Counted from the first letter of the stretch, positions 1 to 10,772 are shown. The stretch is 17,189 bases of DNA from Paraspadella gotoi (GCA_051294375.1 JBJCIZ010000835.1:1-17189), one strand, 5' to 3'. Numbers and translations are program-made. Notes: generated by a model not told the origin, from the letters alone.

Positions 1-250
1 ACTTTATTTCACGTTAGAAAATCACTTTTCGATTTTCCCTTTACTAAAACATTTTTCTCATTTTACCATCGATTATTTACAAACGTTATAGTAATAACAA
101 ATTACTACCTGATTCAATTTCATTCCGTTAATTATCGACAATTATCGTCAGATTTCAATTCGTCATTAGTGAATCTTTTAAATTCACAAAACAAATTTTA
201 AACAAATCATTTCCCCTTTTCAATCGTTTTTAGAGAAACGATATATAATG
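1..250 (+). repeat. Fragment of the element-B-family 3' untranslated region (noisy copy of about 10817-11095)
   Basis: actttatttcacgttagaaaatcacttttcgattttcc...ttttcaatcgtttttagagaaacgatata aligns by eye, with small indels, to 10817-11095. Confidence 0.9.
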
Positions 251-419
251 CCGGGAAATAGTAGAGAAGTTCACATGTGGCCGAACTCGAACCAAATGCC
301 ATGATAGAGGCTCGCTTGCCGAGGGGGGGTCGCGTGAGAGCCGTTCTCCGCATATACTTGAAAATGTTTCAGTCTTTTCACATTTCTAAGGCTTTTATTT
401 GTTCAGATTTTCAACATAT

Positions 420-3400
420 CGATTCAGCGCAGTCCTAAATAATAACGGATGGTCCTAGTTCCTCCCACTATGCAAGAATATGAGGTGGTAGGAATTGTGA
501 GTCCCTGCCGAGACCTCTCGCGACCGAGGACCTGCCCGGGCCGCTGCCAAACTCGCTGGACCAACGCTCTGGAATTAATAAATTTTGCCAGATTTAAATA
601 TAACAATCGATCATAATTGTCCGTCTCAGCGATGGAAAGGGGAAAATTATACTATCTTACACGACTAATATTCTAAAGGAAAATTCAGTAAAAAACGCTC
701 TGCCTCTTTTTTCTCCGTTCTTCACCCAAACCGACCTCGGCCCTAACCGTTGACGAAATCCGAAAATATCCACCACCCTCACACCCTCGCGCTTTTAAAA
801 TTTTTCCCGTCACAAAAACCCCCCACCCCAAAAAACCAAAAACCACACTAACCCACACCAACACACCCACAAAAAAAGCCTGAGCGACAAAACTAAAACC
901 GAATTTCAGCAACAGAAGAATACCAAAGAAGGAGAGTACAAGGCTCCACAGCGACGACGAATTAACAAGCCATTAACCGACTGCTCGAGACATATCCTCA
1001 AAAACCACCTCGCCGATCCTTCAACCACACCCAGCGATCAATCAACCCGACAAGGCACCAAACGACTTCAGCAAAGCCAGCAAACAAAAAACTCCAAGGT
1101 AGAGATTTGCCTACTACCACAAGAAGTTCGGTGATTCTGCTAAGAGGTGCGAGCCAGGGTTACCGTCAACGCCCGGAAAACTCCAAGGCCGGCGGACGGA
1201 AGTGAACTCCGTTCCGACCGGCCCAATCATCGACAGCCCAAGATGCTCTACTCTTTCGTTCACGAGACAGGGTCAACAAATGTAACTGGTAATTGATGGA
1301 GGAGCAACGGTTTCCATCGCCAACCATCAAAGGCTGATAGAAGAACGAGGAGCAGTCGAGACAAATAAAGGCTCAAATGGCACTCAATCACAAATGCTAT
1401 GGTAACCGAGATGTACAAGGTCACACCTGGAAGGCGGAAATTCCCCTTCACAAGTCACCATAGCAGATGTGACTCAACACTGCTAGGATCAGATTTCCTA
1501 GCTGACACTACTTATGGCACACACACATAAGAGTGGTTTTAATCGACCTGCAAGATTAACAGTAGCATCCCAAGCATCTCGCGCAAAATAAACAGCAGCC
1601 TATTAGATTAAACTTTGTTAACCAAGTCGACGATCCTTTACTAATAAATTATTAGATTCAATACACAGACTTATGTACAACCTTCATTTAAGCCTAAGGA
1701 ACCAGAGAACATGGAGGTAGACGCCACTATAATTCCCATTACGACAGGGGCGCCAGATCCAATCACGAGCACGGCGCCTGGCTCCCGACAAACATCGAAG
1801 TAGCCAGAAAGGAACTGGAACAAAACTATGTCAAATTAGGCATAGCCAGACGCGCCAAGAGCGAATGGGCGTCTCCATCTCCTCGTAGTGAATAAACCTG
1901 ATGGCGGTCATCGAGTCTGCGGCGATTTTCGCCGCTCAACAACGTCAACTAGTGGACGACAAGTACCCCTGTAAAAACTCTAAACGACTTTAACAGCCAA
2001 TCTCAGCGGCAAACGCGCGTTTTTAGCAAAATAGATATTATTAAAGGGTTATCATCAGATCCCCTGTGGCTGAACAAGACGTACAAAAGACCGGCGTTAT
2101 TACTCCATTCGGATTATTGTTTTTTCCCCGTACTCCGTTTGGATTAAAAGAACGCCGGACCAAGATTTCCAGCGTCTAATGGACAGAAATCTTGGACGGC
2201 CTCCCCTACCTGTTCGTCTACATAGACGACATCCTCGTCGCCTCTGACAACCACGAAGAACACGAACACACCTCCGGAGGTCCTTCGACCAGTCTCCACC
2301 AGAACGGCATGGTAGTGAATCGACAGAAAGCAGTCCTAGGCAAACCGTGGAACTGGTATTCTTCTGGCGCTATCGGGTCAACGCAAACGCGCATCCCCCT
2401 CTCCCAGATCGAGTAAGCCGCCGTCAACAGCCACAACTCCCCCGAGCAACAGATCAGAAGAGTTACAAACGCTTTAACTCGGTATGAATTATATATATTA
2501 CAGAGCGATTCATACCGAGGTCAAGCGCACCAATCTATATCCACTCTTTGAAGCCCTCAAATCCAAGACAAAGCCTCGAACTCTCAACTGGACCGAAGAG
2601 TGCCAAAATTCATTTCTAGCGATCAAACAGAGCCTTAGCCGAGGCACCATGCTCTGTCATCCTCGCCCAAACGCGCAACTCGCCGTTACTTCCGACGCCT
2701 CCAACAGCCAGGCGATCGGGGCCGTCCTCGAGCAACGAGGCCTCGCGGCTGGGAACCGTTTGTCCTTTTTCTCAGCAAAACTTCAAAAAGTCAACAACAA
2801 CTCTGGCCGCCCTTCGATCGTGAGTTACTGGCGCGTGGCGAGCAGTGCGCCATTTCAAAACAATGATTGAAGGTCGACACTTACGCTCATAACAACGGAC
2901 AACAAATCTTAGTACCGCGCCTCGCCAAAAAAGCAGAGCTCACACCGCCCGGCAAGACTTACCACAACTCGCCGGATTGCTGAATATACAACGGATTTTC
3001 AATATTTAGCGCAGGCAAGAGCCAACGTTGTGGCGGACTCTCTATTCGAGCACCCAACTCGACACTCGTTTACTGATGGCAGAAAATCCTAGTCCCACTG
3101 TCCTCCTCCCCCTTCCCCCACCCCCCCCCCTCTCTTCCTTCTTTCTCTGCCCCCAAAAACCACTCCACGACCCAATATATCGCTTTCCATCGCTAAGGAA
3201 ATTCCAGCTGAAAAAGCAAGAAATCTCGAAATCATTGCATGCATCAATCTTGCAACATGGAATCGATTTGCAGCAAATGGCTCGAGATCAACCCACTGGA
3301 CCCCGGATTAACAAGCGAATAAGCAGAACGACGTCTCCTCCGGTCTCCGTTTCCCGCCGCGTCCCGATCGGCGAAAACATCTATCACCGTCGACGTGAGC

Positions 3401-5329
3401 AATGGCCCGCCACGCCCAATTTCGTCCCTTCGACGCCTGGCGTCGACGAGTTTTTTGGAAACCATACCACAACTTGGGCCGATCTCTAGGAATCATCGAC
3501 CGGACCCGTCAGACAATGCTGCGACAGAATTCATTTGGCCGTCAGTCCGCTCAGACGTCTCGCGAATGTGGGCTCGGAGAATGTCCTCAGTGTCAACGCG
3601 CCAAAAATCACAAAAGAACACTGTGCGCCTGAAATAGGCACATTCGATCTACCCGAACCGCCGTTTTCTCCACACCTTCACGTGGATATCGTCTCCCGTT
3701 CCCCCATCCAACGGATTCCATTATGTACTGACTATCGTCGACCGTTTTACTCGCTGGCCGACAGCGATCCCACTAAAAGACATTTCTGCCAAGACGGTCG
3801 GTCGACGCTTTCACTCATGGATGGATTTCATCTTTCGGCGTCCTTCAACAGGTAAACGACTGACCTGCGGATCTCAATTTCTGTCAGAAACGGGGAAGCA
3901 GCTACTAAAATCATGGGGAATCCGACCATTGCCCAACTACGGTCATAACCAATCCGAACAGTCTATAACGGCTTAGTTGAACGTTTCCATCGCCGCCTAA
4001 AGGAATCTTCTGATTTGCCTTGGGCGCCGATACTGAAGGAGAATGGTTCTGGCCGGCTTCCCCTGCTCACTTCTAGCAATTCGTACAACATTAAACGCCG
4101 ACATCGGAGCAACACCAGCAGAACTCGTCTATGGAGAATCGATCGCGGTCCCTGGGTGACCTCATATCGCCCAAACCGGAAGTGACGCGCGACGAACGCT
4201 CCAGGCGACGCCAGCACTTCCTAGCAAACCTGCGCCCTCGAAGTCGCGAGACTCCAACCAGGTGCCGAACCATCGACACATCGACAGGCCACCTGCGTAC
4301 AAATAACACACCGAACGCCTAGCTCAACGCCTCCCAACGTCTATGGCGCCGGAGGAGCGCGTGGCCCCGGTGTCTGTTGCGGTCCCCTTAACCTCGGCTC
4401 CTACTAGATTACAGTCGGCTGGCGTCTTCTCGCGAAAATAACCTGACTTATGTCGAATCGTAAATCTCCCCGGACGCGGGTGTACGAAACACGCGTCAAC
4501 ATCGCACCCTCAAGACCAGCTTAAGCGAAGCGGAGTGCTGGACCGACGTGGCCGAATGACGGCCGGCGGCGCCTCCAACCAACGCCCTCCGCTCCACCCC
4601 GCCTCGCCTCCCCGCGCCGGCAGGCGAACCGACGAGTTGGCGAACTCGAGAGACGCACGGCCCGACATCGACGGTCCTCGCTCGAGATAAGTCAGGAAAA
4701 CCTCATTCCAGTCTCTCTCCTCCCTCCTCCTCCCGCCCCCACTCTCTCTCGCCCCACCCTGCTAGTCTTATCCCCTACCTCCCCGCGCTCCACCTAGCCC
4801 AGCCCCAAACGTCGACTCCCTAATCGAAATTCCCCCATTAATATCCACATAAAAATAACAAACCGGGCCAAAATGTAAACAAAAACACTAAACAAATCGC
4901 CCAGACGTCGATAATCTCCCCGGAAACGGAACGACTTCCGTGTGAAGATAACGACGCAGAAACGAACGTTCAGCGGAGACACGCCCAGCAGACCCGCCAT
5001 CGATCTCCCGACTCCGTTCCCCATCCACCCCACCCCCCGCTATTCGCCTTAACTATCATGTTTCATCAGACCAAGGCAGCCCGGAAAGTTTTTTCTTACG
5101 AATGCAATGAATAATTTCATGCGACAAATCAAAATAAACAATCTCGACGCGCCAATCTTATGCACCCCGTTCTGAGGCAAATCCTCCGAGCGTTGCGTCG
5201 ACGAGGAAATTCAAACACCACCGTTCGATTGAACGGGTCAGTAACGTATATTAACTCCTTCTTTTCCAAAAACTTATATATCCTACGCCAGAAATTCACT
5301 CTACATTTCGCAAAGAATCTTTTATTTTC
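420..5329 (+). mobile_element. Copy A: indel-riddled copy of Ty3/Gypsy element B (3' half of gag, pol, part of 3' UTR)
   Basis: Colinear with about 6405-10830: CHCC region about 1108, frameshift hairpin about 1175-1223, protease gatggaggagca about 1295, RT YIDD in ORF 2192-2416, RNase H TSDAS in ORF 2484-2870, integrase remnants about 3400-4500. Differences from B are overwhelmingly short indels. The left boundary is approximate because 420-900 is heavily garbled. Confidence 0.9.
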
Positions 5330-5369
5330 CTCTCAGCCTTGTGCCAGGGTGATCGCTTTGTTACCTACA
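5330..5369 (+). repeat. Remnant of 5' LTR (U5 end) of element B
   Basis: ctctcagccttgtgccagggtgatcgctttgttacctaca matches 11698-11740 (ctctcagccttcgttgccagtgtgattcgctttgttacctaca). It ends in CA and is followed after 2 nt by TGG. Confidence 0.88.
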
Positions 5370-5371
5370 AC

Positions 5372-5384
5372 TGGTGAGCCCAAC
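5372..5384 (+). promoter_or_regulatory. Primer binding site, probably tRNA-Trp
   Basis: TGGTGAGCCCAAC lies 2 nt after the LTR-terminal CA and matches 11/13 positions of the typical tRNA-Trp PBS TGGTGACCCCGAC, the primer associated with CsRn1-clade elements. Confidence 0.75.
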
Positions 5385-5904
5385 TAAAAAGAAATAAAAC
5401 CCAACCTTCTGAAACAAACTAAATCTTGCCTTAGAAACTTACCTTCAAAATAATCTAGCTCTTTCAAAATCGAAATTGCCTTAGATATTTATTCAACACA
5501 ACTAGTCTCATNNNNNNNNNNGACATCTCTCTCCCTGTTTTTTCATCAACAAAATTAATCAAACAACATCGTCGAGGACAAATGCCAAGCGGAGTGGAAC
5601 TTTTCCTCAGGTAGGCAAGCCGTGAGAAGAATTAAGTTGAAGTCTTGCCTCTCTCTAACCACTCCTTTCTCCCCAACTCTCTCTCCTCTCTTTCAACCCA
5701 CTCCCGTCGGATGAGCGGTCCCGCCGGCGGCACCCGCGCCAAACTGGCGCAATCCAGCGGCCAATCCCCTTCAACACGCGACAGCCTAGCGCCGCCTCTC
5801 ATTGGTTTCGGCCGCGGACGACGCACCCCTACGACATCTCCAAAACCTCGAGGCGGCGCCGCCACAAATTAGTCTCCCTTCAAACGCCAAACTCCGTCAG
5901 CGCC

Positions 5905-6825
5905 ATGGCGGAAGCACCTTCAATCGGCGCTGCAGCAGCTGCAGCAGCCGCCGACCCACAGGCGGAACTCGTCCGCGCCCTCGCCGCCACGCTAGCGGCG
6001 TCGCTATCTAGCATTGGCCTCAAGAAGCCAAAACTCCCTGACTTCGACGCCGATAACGTCGAGTTATGGATACAACGCGTCGAGGCCGCCTACACGCGCG
6101 CTGGCACCGTCGCCGCTCGCGAGAAATTCGCCTATCTCGAAGACAAATTCGCCGTCGACTTAAACCCTCGAATAAATGAATTTCTATTCGGACCTGCCAC
6201 CGACGACCGCTGGAATTCTTTCATCGACTATCTCCGCTCTGAGTATGGTCGCACGCGGTCGCAGCAGGCGTCAGCTTTAATCGACGGCATCCGCCGCGAA
6301 GGACGCCGCCCATCTCAATTACTGGCAGTGATGAAAGAAAAAGCCGGAAAAATCACAGTCGACGACATCATGAAGGAGCTCCTGCTGCGCGAGCTCCCCA
6401 CTGAAGTTCAGCGCAGTCTAGCAGAAAGAGTGGAATTAGTCGACGCCGAGGCCGCCGCCCAACTCGCTGATGCATATTTCGATCGCGAAGGCAAAGTTCT
6501 TCACCCAACGACCTCGGCTACCGCTTTCGCCGTCGACACTCCGATTCAGCCATTGATGCCAGAGGAGAGACAGCTCCACAGCGACGACGTTAACGCCATT
6601 AACCGCTCGAGACATCCTCAACCACCTCGCCGATCCTTCAACCCACCCAGGCGATTCAATCAACCCGACAAGGCACCAAACGACTTCAGCAACAGCCAGC
6701 AAACAAAAACCTCCAAGGTAGAGATTTGCTACTACCACAAGAAGTTCGGTGATTCTGCTAAGAGGTGCGAGCCAGGTTGTTACCGTCAACGCCCGGAAAA
6801 CTCCAAGGCCGGCGGACGGAAGTGA
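5905..6825 (+). CDS. gag: Gag protein (306 aa) with CHCC nucleocapsid motif
   Basis: Intact ORF with strong Kozak context (cgccATGg). N-terminal KLPDFDADNVELWIQRVEA resembles retrotransposon Gag. C-terminal CYYHKKFGDSAKRCEPGC (6727-6780) is C-X2-H-X9-C-X3-C. Confidence 0.93.
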   Translation: MAEAPSIGAAAAAAAADPQAELVRALAATLAASLSSIGLKKPKLPDFDADNVELWIQRVEAAYTRAGTVAAREKFAYLEDKFAVDLNPRINEFLFGPATDDRWNSFIDYLRSEYGRTRSQQASALIDGIRREGRRPSQLLAVMKEKAGKITVDDIMKELLLRELPTEVQRSLAERVELVDAEAAAQLADAYFDREGKVLHPTTSATAFAVDTPIQPLMPEERQLHSDDVNAINRSRHPQPPRRSFNPPRRFNQPDKAPNDFSNSQQTKTSKVEICYYHKKFGDSAKRCEPGCYRQRPENSKAGGRK

Positions 6826-7835
6826 ACTCCGTTCCGACCGGCCCAATCATCGACAGCCAAGATGCTCTACTCTTCGTTCACGACAGGGTCAACAAATGTA
6901 ACTGGTTAATTGATGGAGGAGCAACGGTTTCCATCGTTCCACCATCAAAGGCTGATAGAGAACGAGGAGCAGTCGAGACAAAGCTAAAGGCTGCAAATGG
7001 CACTTCAATCACATGCTATGGTTACCGAGATGTACAGGTCCACCTCGGAAGGCGGAAATTCCCCTTCACAGTCACCATAGCAGATGTGACTCAANNNNNN
7101 NNNNGATCAGATTTCCTAGCTGACCACTACTTGGCACCCAACCATAGAGATGGGTTTTTAATCGACCTGCAAGATTACAGTAGCATCCCAGCATCTCGCG
7201 CAAATAAACAGCAGCCTATTAGATTAAACTTTGTTAACCAAGTCGACGATCCTTACTATAAATTATTAGATTCATACACAGACNNNNNNNNNNCTTCATT
7301 TAAGCCTAAGGAACCGAAACATGGAGTGCGCCACTATATTCCTACGACAGGGCGCCCAGTCCAATCACGAGCACGGCGCCTGGCTCCCGACAAACTCGAA
7401 GTAGCCAGAAAGGAACTGGACAAACTATGTCAATTAGGCATAGCCAGACGCGCCAAGAGCGAATGGGCGTCTCCTCTCCTCGTAGTGAATAAACCTGATG
7501 GCGGTCATCGAGTCTGCGGCGATTTTCGCCGCCTCAACAACGTCACTGTGGACGACAAGTACCCTGTAAAAACTCTAAACGACTTTAACGCCAATCTCAG
7601 CGGCAAACGCGTTTTTAGCAAAATAGATTTATTAAAGGGTTATCATCAGATCCCTGTGGCTGAACAAGACGTACAAAAGACCGGCGTTATTACTCCATTC
7701 GGATTATTCGTTTTTCCCCGTACTCCGTTTGGATTAAAGAACGCCGGCCAAGATTTCCAGCGTCTAATGGACGAAATCTTGGACGGCCTCCCCTACCTGT
7801 TCGTCTTACATAGACGACATCCTCGTCGCCTCTGA
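6765..7835 (+). CDS. pol: Pol part 1: aspartic protease plus N-terminal reverse transcriptase (probably translated as Gag-Pol fusion)
   Basis: WLIDGGATVSIV protease site; RT motifs SEWASPLLVV, RVCGDFRRLN, FSKIDLLKGYHQIPV, TPFGL, PFGLKNA. The frame is broken by one extra T at 7806-7807, just before YIDD. Confidence 0.93.
   Translation: MRARLLPSTPGKLQGRRTEVNSVPTGPIIDSQDALLFVHDRVNKCNWLIDGGATVSIVPPSKADRERGAVETKLKAANGTSITCYGYRDVQVHLGRRKFPFTVTIADVTQXXXXSDFLADHYLAPNHRDGFLIDLQDYSSIPASRANKQQPIRLNFVNQVDDPYYKLLDSYTDXXXXSFKPKEPKHGVRHYIPTTGRPVQSRARRLAPDKLEVARKELDKLCQLGIARRAKSEWASPLLVVNKPDGGHRVCGDFRRLNNVTVDDKYPVKTLNDFNANLSGKRVFSKIDLLKGYHQIPVAEQDVQKTGVITPFGLFVFPRTPFGLKNAGQDFQRLMDEILDGLPYLFVLHRRHPRRL
6795..6843 (+). 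promoter_or_regulatory. Putative -1 programmed ribosomal frameshift signal (gag-pol)
   Basis: G_GAA_AAC in the gag frame (6795-6801), a 5-nt spacer, then stem-loop GGCCGG-CGGACGGA / TCCGTTCCG-a-CCGGCC (6807-6843) with the gag TGA in the loop. pol is in the -1 frame and overlaps gag. Confidence 0.8.
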
Positions 7836-8933
7836 CAACCACGAAGAACACGAACAGCACCTCCGGGAGGTCTTCGACCGTCTCCCCAGAACGGCATGGT
7901 AGTGAATCGACAGAAATGCGTCTTAGGCAAACCGGAACTGGATTTTCTGGGCTATCGGGTCAACGCGAACGGCATCTCCCTCTCCCAGATCGAGTAGCCG
8001 CCGTCAACGCCACAACTCCCCCAGCACGATCAAAGAGTTACAACGCTTCCTCGGTATGATTAATTATTACAGGCGATTCATACCGAGGTCAGCGCACCAT
8101 CTATATCCACTCTTTGAAGCCCTCAAATCCAAGACAAAGCCTCGAACTCTCAACTGGACCGAAGAGTGCCAAAATTCATTTCTAGCGATCAAACAGGCCT
8201 TAGCCGAGGCCACCATGCTCTGTCATCCTCGCCCAAACGCGCAACTCGCCGTTACTTCCGACGCCTCCAACACCGCGATCGGGGCCGTCCTCGAGCAACG
8301 AGGCCCTCGCGGCTGGGAACCGTTGTCCTTTTTCTCAGCAAAACTTCAAAAAAAGTCAACAACTCTGGCCGCCCTTCGATCGTGAGTTACTGGCGGCGTG
8401 GCGAGCAGTGCGCCATTCAAAAACAATGATTGAAGGTCGACATTTCACGCTCTACACGGACCACAAATCATTAGTACCCGCCCTCGCCAAAAAAGCAGAG
8501 CCTACACCCCCGGCAGACTTACCAACTCGCCGGGATTGCTGAATATACAACGGATATTTCAATATTTAGCAGGCAAAGCCAACGTTGTGGCGGACTCTCT
8601 ATCTCGACCCAACTCGACACTCGTTACTGATGCAAATCCTAGTCCCACTTCTCCTCCTCCCCCTTCCCCCACCCCCCCCCTCTCTTCCCTTCTTTCTCTG
8701 CCCCCAAAAAACCTCCACCCCCAATTATCGCTTCCATCGCTAAGGAAATTCCAGCTGAAAAACAAGAAATCTCGAAATCATTGCAGCATCAATCTTGCAA
8801 CATGGAATCGATTTGCAGCAAATGGCTCGAGATCAACCCCTGGACCCGGATTACCAGCGAATAAGCAACGACGTCTCCTCCGGGTCTCCGTTTCCGCCGC
8901 GTCCGATCGGGCGAAACATCTATCACCGTCGAC
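7807..8933 (+). CDS. pol: Pol part 2: RT C-terminus, RNase H and linker (several apparent 1-nt frameshifts)
   Basis: TAC ATA GAC GAC (YIDD) at 7807-7818; LQRFLGMINYYRRFIP; TSDASNTAIGAVLEQ; FTLYTDHKSL; GKANVVADSLSR. These are spread across frames by single-base indels. Confidence 0.85.
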
Positions 8934-10238
8934 GTGAGCAATGGCCCGCCACGCCCATTCGTCCCTTACGCCCTGGCATCGACGCGAGTTTTTGAAACCA
9001 TCCACAACTTGGGCCATCCTGGAATCGACCGGACCCGTCAGACAATCTGCGACAAATTCATTTGGCCGTCAGTCCGCTCAGACGTCTCGAAATGGGCTCG
9101 AGAATGTCCTCAGTGTCAACGCGCCAAAATCACAAAGAACACTGTGCCTGAAATAGGCACATTCGATCTACCCGACCGCCGTTTCTCACACCTTCACGTG
9201 GATATCGTCTCCCTTCCCCCATCCAACGGATTCCATTATGTACTGACTATCGTCGACCGTTTTACTCGCTGGCCGACAGCGATCCCACTAAAAGACATTT
9301 CCGCCAAGACGGTCGTCGACGCTTTCACTCATGGATGGATTTCATCTTTCGGCGTCCCTTCAACAGTAACGACTGACCGCGGATCTCAATTTCTGTCAGA
9401 AACGTGGAAGCAGCTACTAAAATCATGGGGAATCCGCCATTGCCCAACTACGTCATACCATCCACAGTCTAACGGCTTAGTTGAACGTTTCCATCGCCGC
9501 CTAAAGGAATCTCTGATTGCCTTGGGCGCCGATACTGAAGGAGAATGGTTCTGGCGGCTTCCCTGCTCACTTCTAGCAATTCGTACAACATTAAAACCCG
9601 ACATCGGAGCAACACCAGCAGAACTCGTCTATGGAGAATCGATCGCGGTCCCTGGGGACCTCATATCCGCCCAAACCGGAAGTGACGCCGACGAACGCCT
9701 CCAGCGACGCCGCACTCTAGCAAACCTCCGCCTCGAAGTCGCGAGACTCCAACCAGTGCCGACATCGACACATCGACAGCCTCGCGTACAAATACCCGAC
9801 GCCTTACTCAACGCCTCCCACGTCTATGTGCGCCGAGGAGGCGTGGCCCCGTGTCTTGCGGCCCCTTACCTCGGTCCTTACCGCGTCGTCTCTCGCGAAA
9901 ACCTGACTTATCGAATCGAAATTCCCGGACGCGGTGTCGAAAGCGTCAACATCGCACGCCTCAAGCCGGCTTACGAAGCGGACGACGACGTCAATGACGC
10001 CGCGGCGCCTCCACGCACGCCCTCGCCTCCACCCTCGCCTCCCCCGCCCGGCAGGCGACCCGGTTGGCGAACTCGAGCGCCGGCCCCGACATCGCGAGTC
10101 CTTCGATCGAATAATGCAGAAAACTCATCCGCTCCTCCTGCTTCATCTCCTCCCCCCCCCTCCTCTCTCTCCCCCCCCTCGTCCTTCCCCTACCCTCCCC
10201 CTGCTCCACCCCAGTCCCCCAAACCGTCGACTCCCTAA
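8934..10238 (+). CDS. pol: Pol part 3: integrase (HHCC, DDE core, GPY/F module, Pro-rich tail)
   Basis: IHNLGHPG...CPQC zinc-binding motif; HVDIV, TDRGSQF and NGLVERFHRRL catalytic motifs; APYLGPYRV; no recognisable chromodomain. Confidence 0.95.
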   Translation: MSNGPPRPFVPYALASTRVFETIHNLGHPGIDRTRQTICDKFIWPSVRSDVSKWARECPQCQRAKITKNTVPEIGTFDLPDRRFSHLHVDIVSLPPSNGFHYVLTIVDRFTRWPTAIPLKDISAKTVVDAFTHGWISSFGVPSTVTTDRGSQFLSETWKQLLKSWGIRHCPTTSYHPQSNGLVERFHRRLKESLIALGADTEGEWFWRLPCSLLAIRTTLKPDIGATPAELVYGESIAVPGDLISAQTGSDADERLQRRRTLANLRLEVARLQPVPTSTHRQPRVQIPDALLNASHVYVRRGGVAPCLAAPYLGPYRVVSRENLTYRIEIPGRGVESVNIARLKPAYEADDDVNDAAAPPRTPSPPPSPPPPGRRPGWRTRAPAPTSRVLRSNNAENSSAPPASSPPPPSSLSPPSSFPYPPPAPPQSPKPSTP

Positions 10239-10772
10239 TTTTCGAATTTTCCCCGTTTAGTTTTTTTTTAACACAATAATACAAAATATAAAACAACCGC
10301 GTGCGGAAAAAATGTAAACCCAAAACATAAACAACATCTCTCTCGTCCGCTCCCTTCCTCCATCCCCAACGTCGATATAATCCGGAAAACGGAAGCGCTT
10401 CCGAGTCGAATGAGAATAACGACGCAGAACTACTATCTAGACAGATCTCTATCACGAACGTCAGCGGGACCCTACTTCACCAGCAACGACACCCACGCGC
10501 ATCGATCCCCACTTCCGTTTCCCCATCCCCAACCCCCCCTATTCGCCGCCTACACATTCCTCATAGACCAACGGCCCGTAAAATTTTTCTTATCGAGCAC
10601 AAATAAATTTTCATTCGCGCAAATCACATATAAACATTCGACTCGCCAATCTTATGCACCCTGTTCTGAGGGCAGATCCTTCCAGCGGTGCGTCGACGAG
10701 GGATTCCAAACAACACACTTCGATGAACGGGGTCAGTTCAGTTTTAATTATTCTCCTTCTTTTTCCAAAAAT

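Noticed and set aside
250-420. B-box-like ggttcgagttcgg on the minus strand (about 281-293), faintly resembling the LTR tRNA-like modules
   Set aside because: It lies in the garbled junction of the noisy segment, has no reliable A box or alignment, and cannot be distinguished from chance.
5632-6011. Short ORFs in the 5' leader (5632-5865, 5645-5872, 5802-6011)
   Set aside because: Low-complexity GC-rich translations with non-ATG starts or no motifs. The gag ATG at 5905 has the strong Kozak context.
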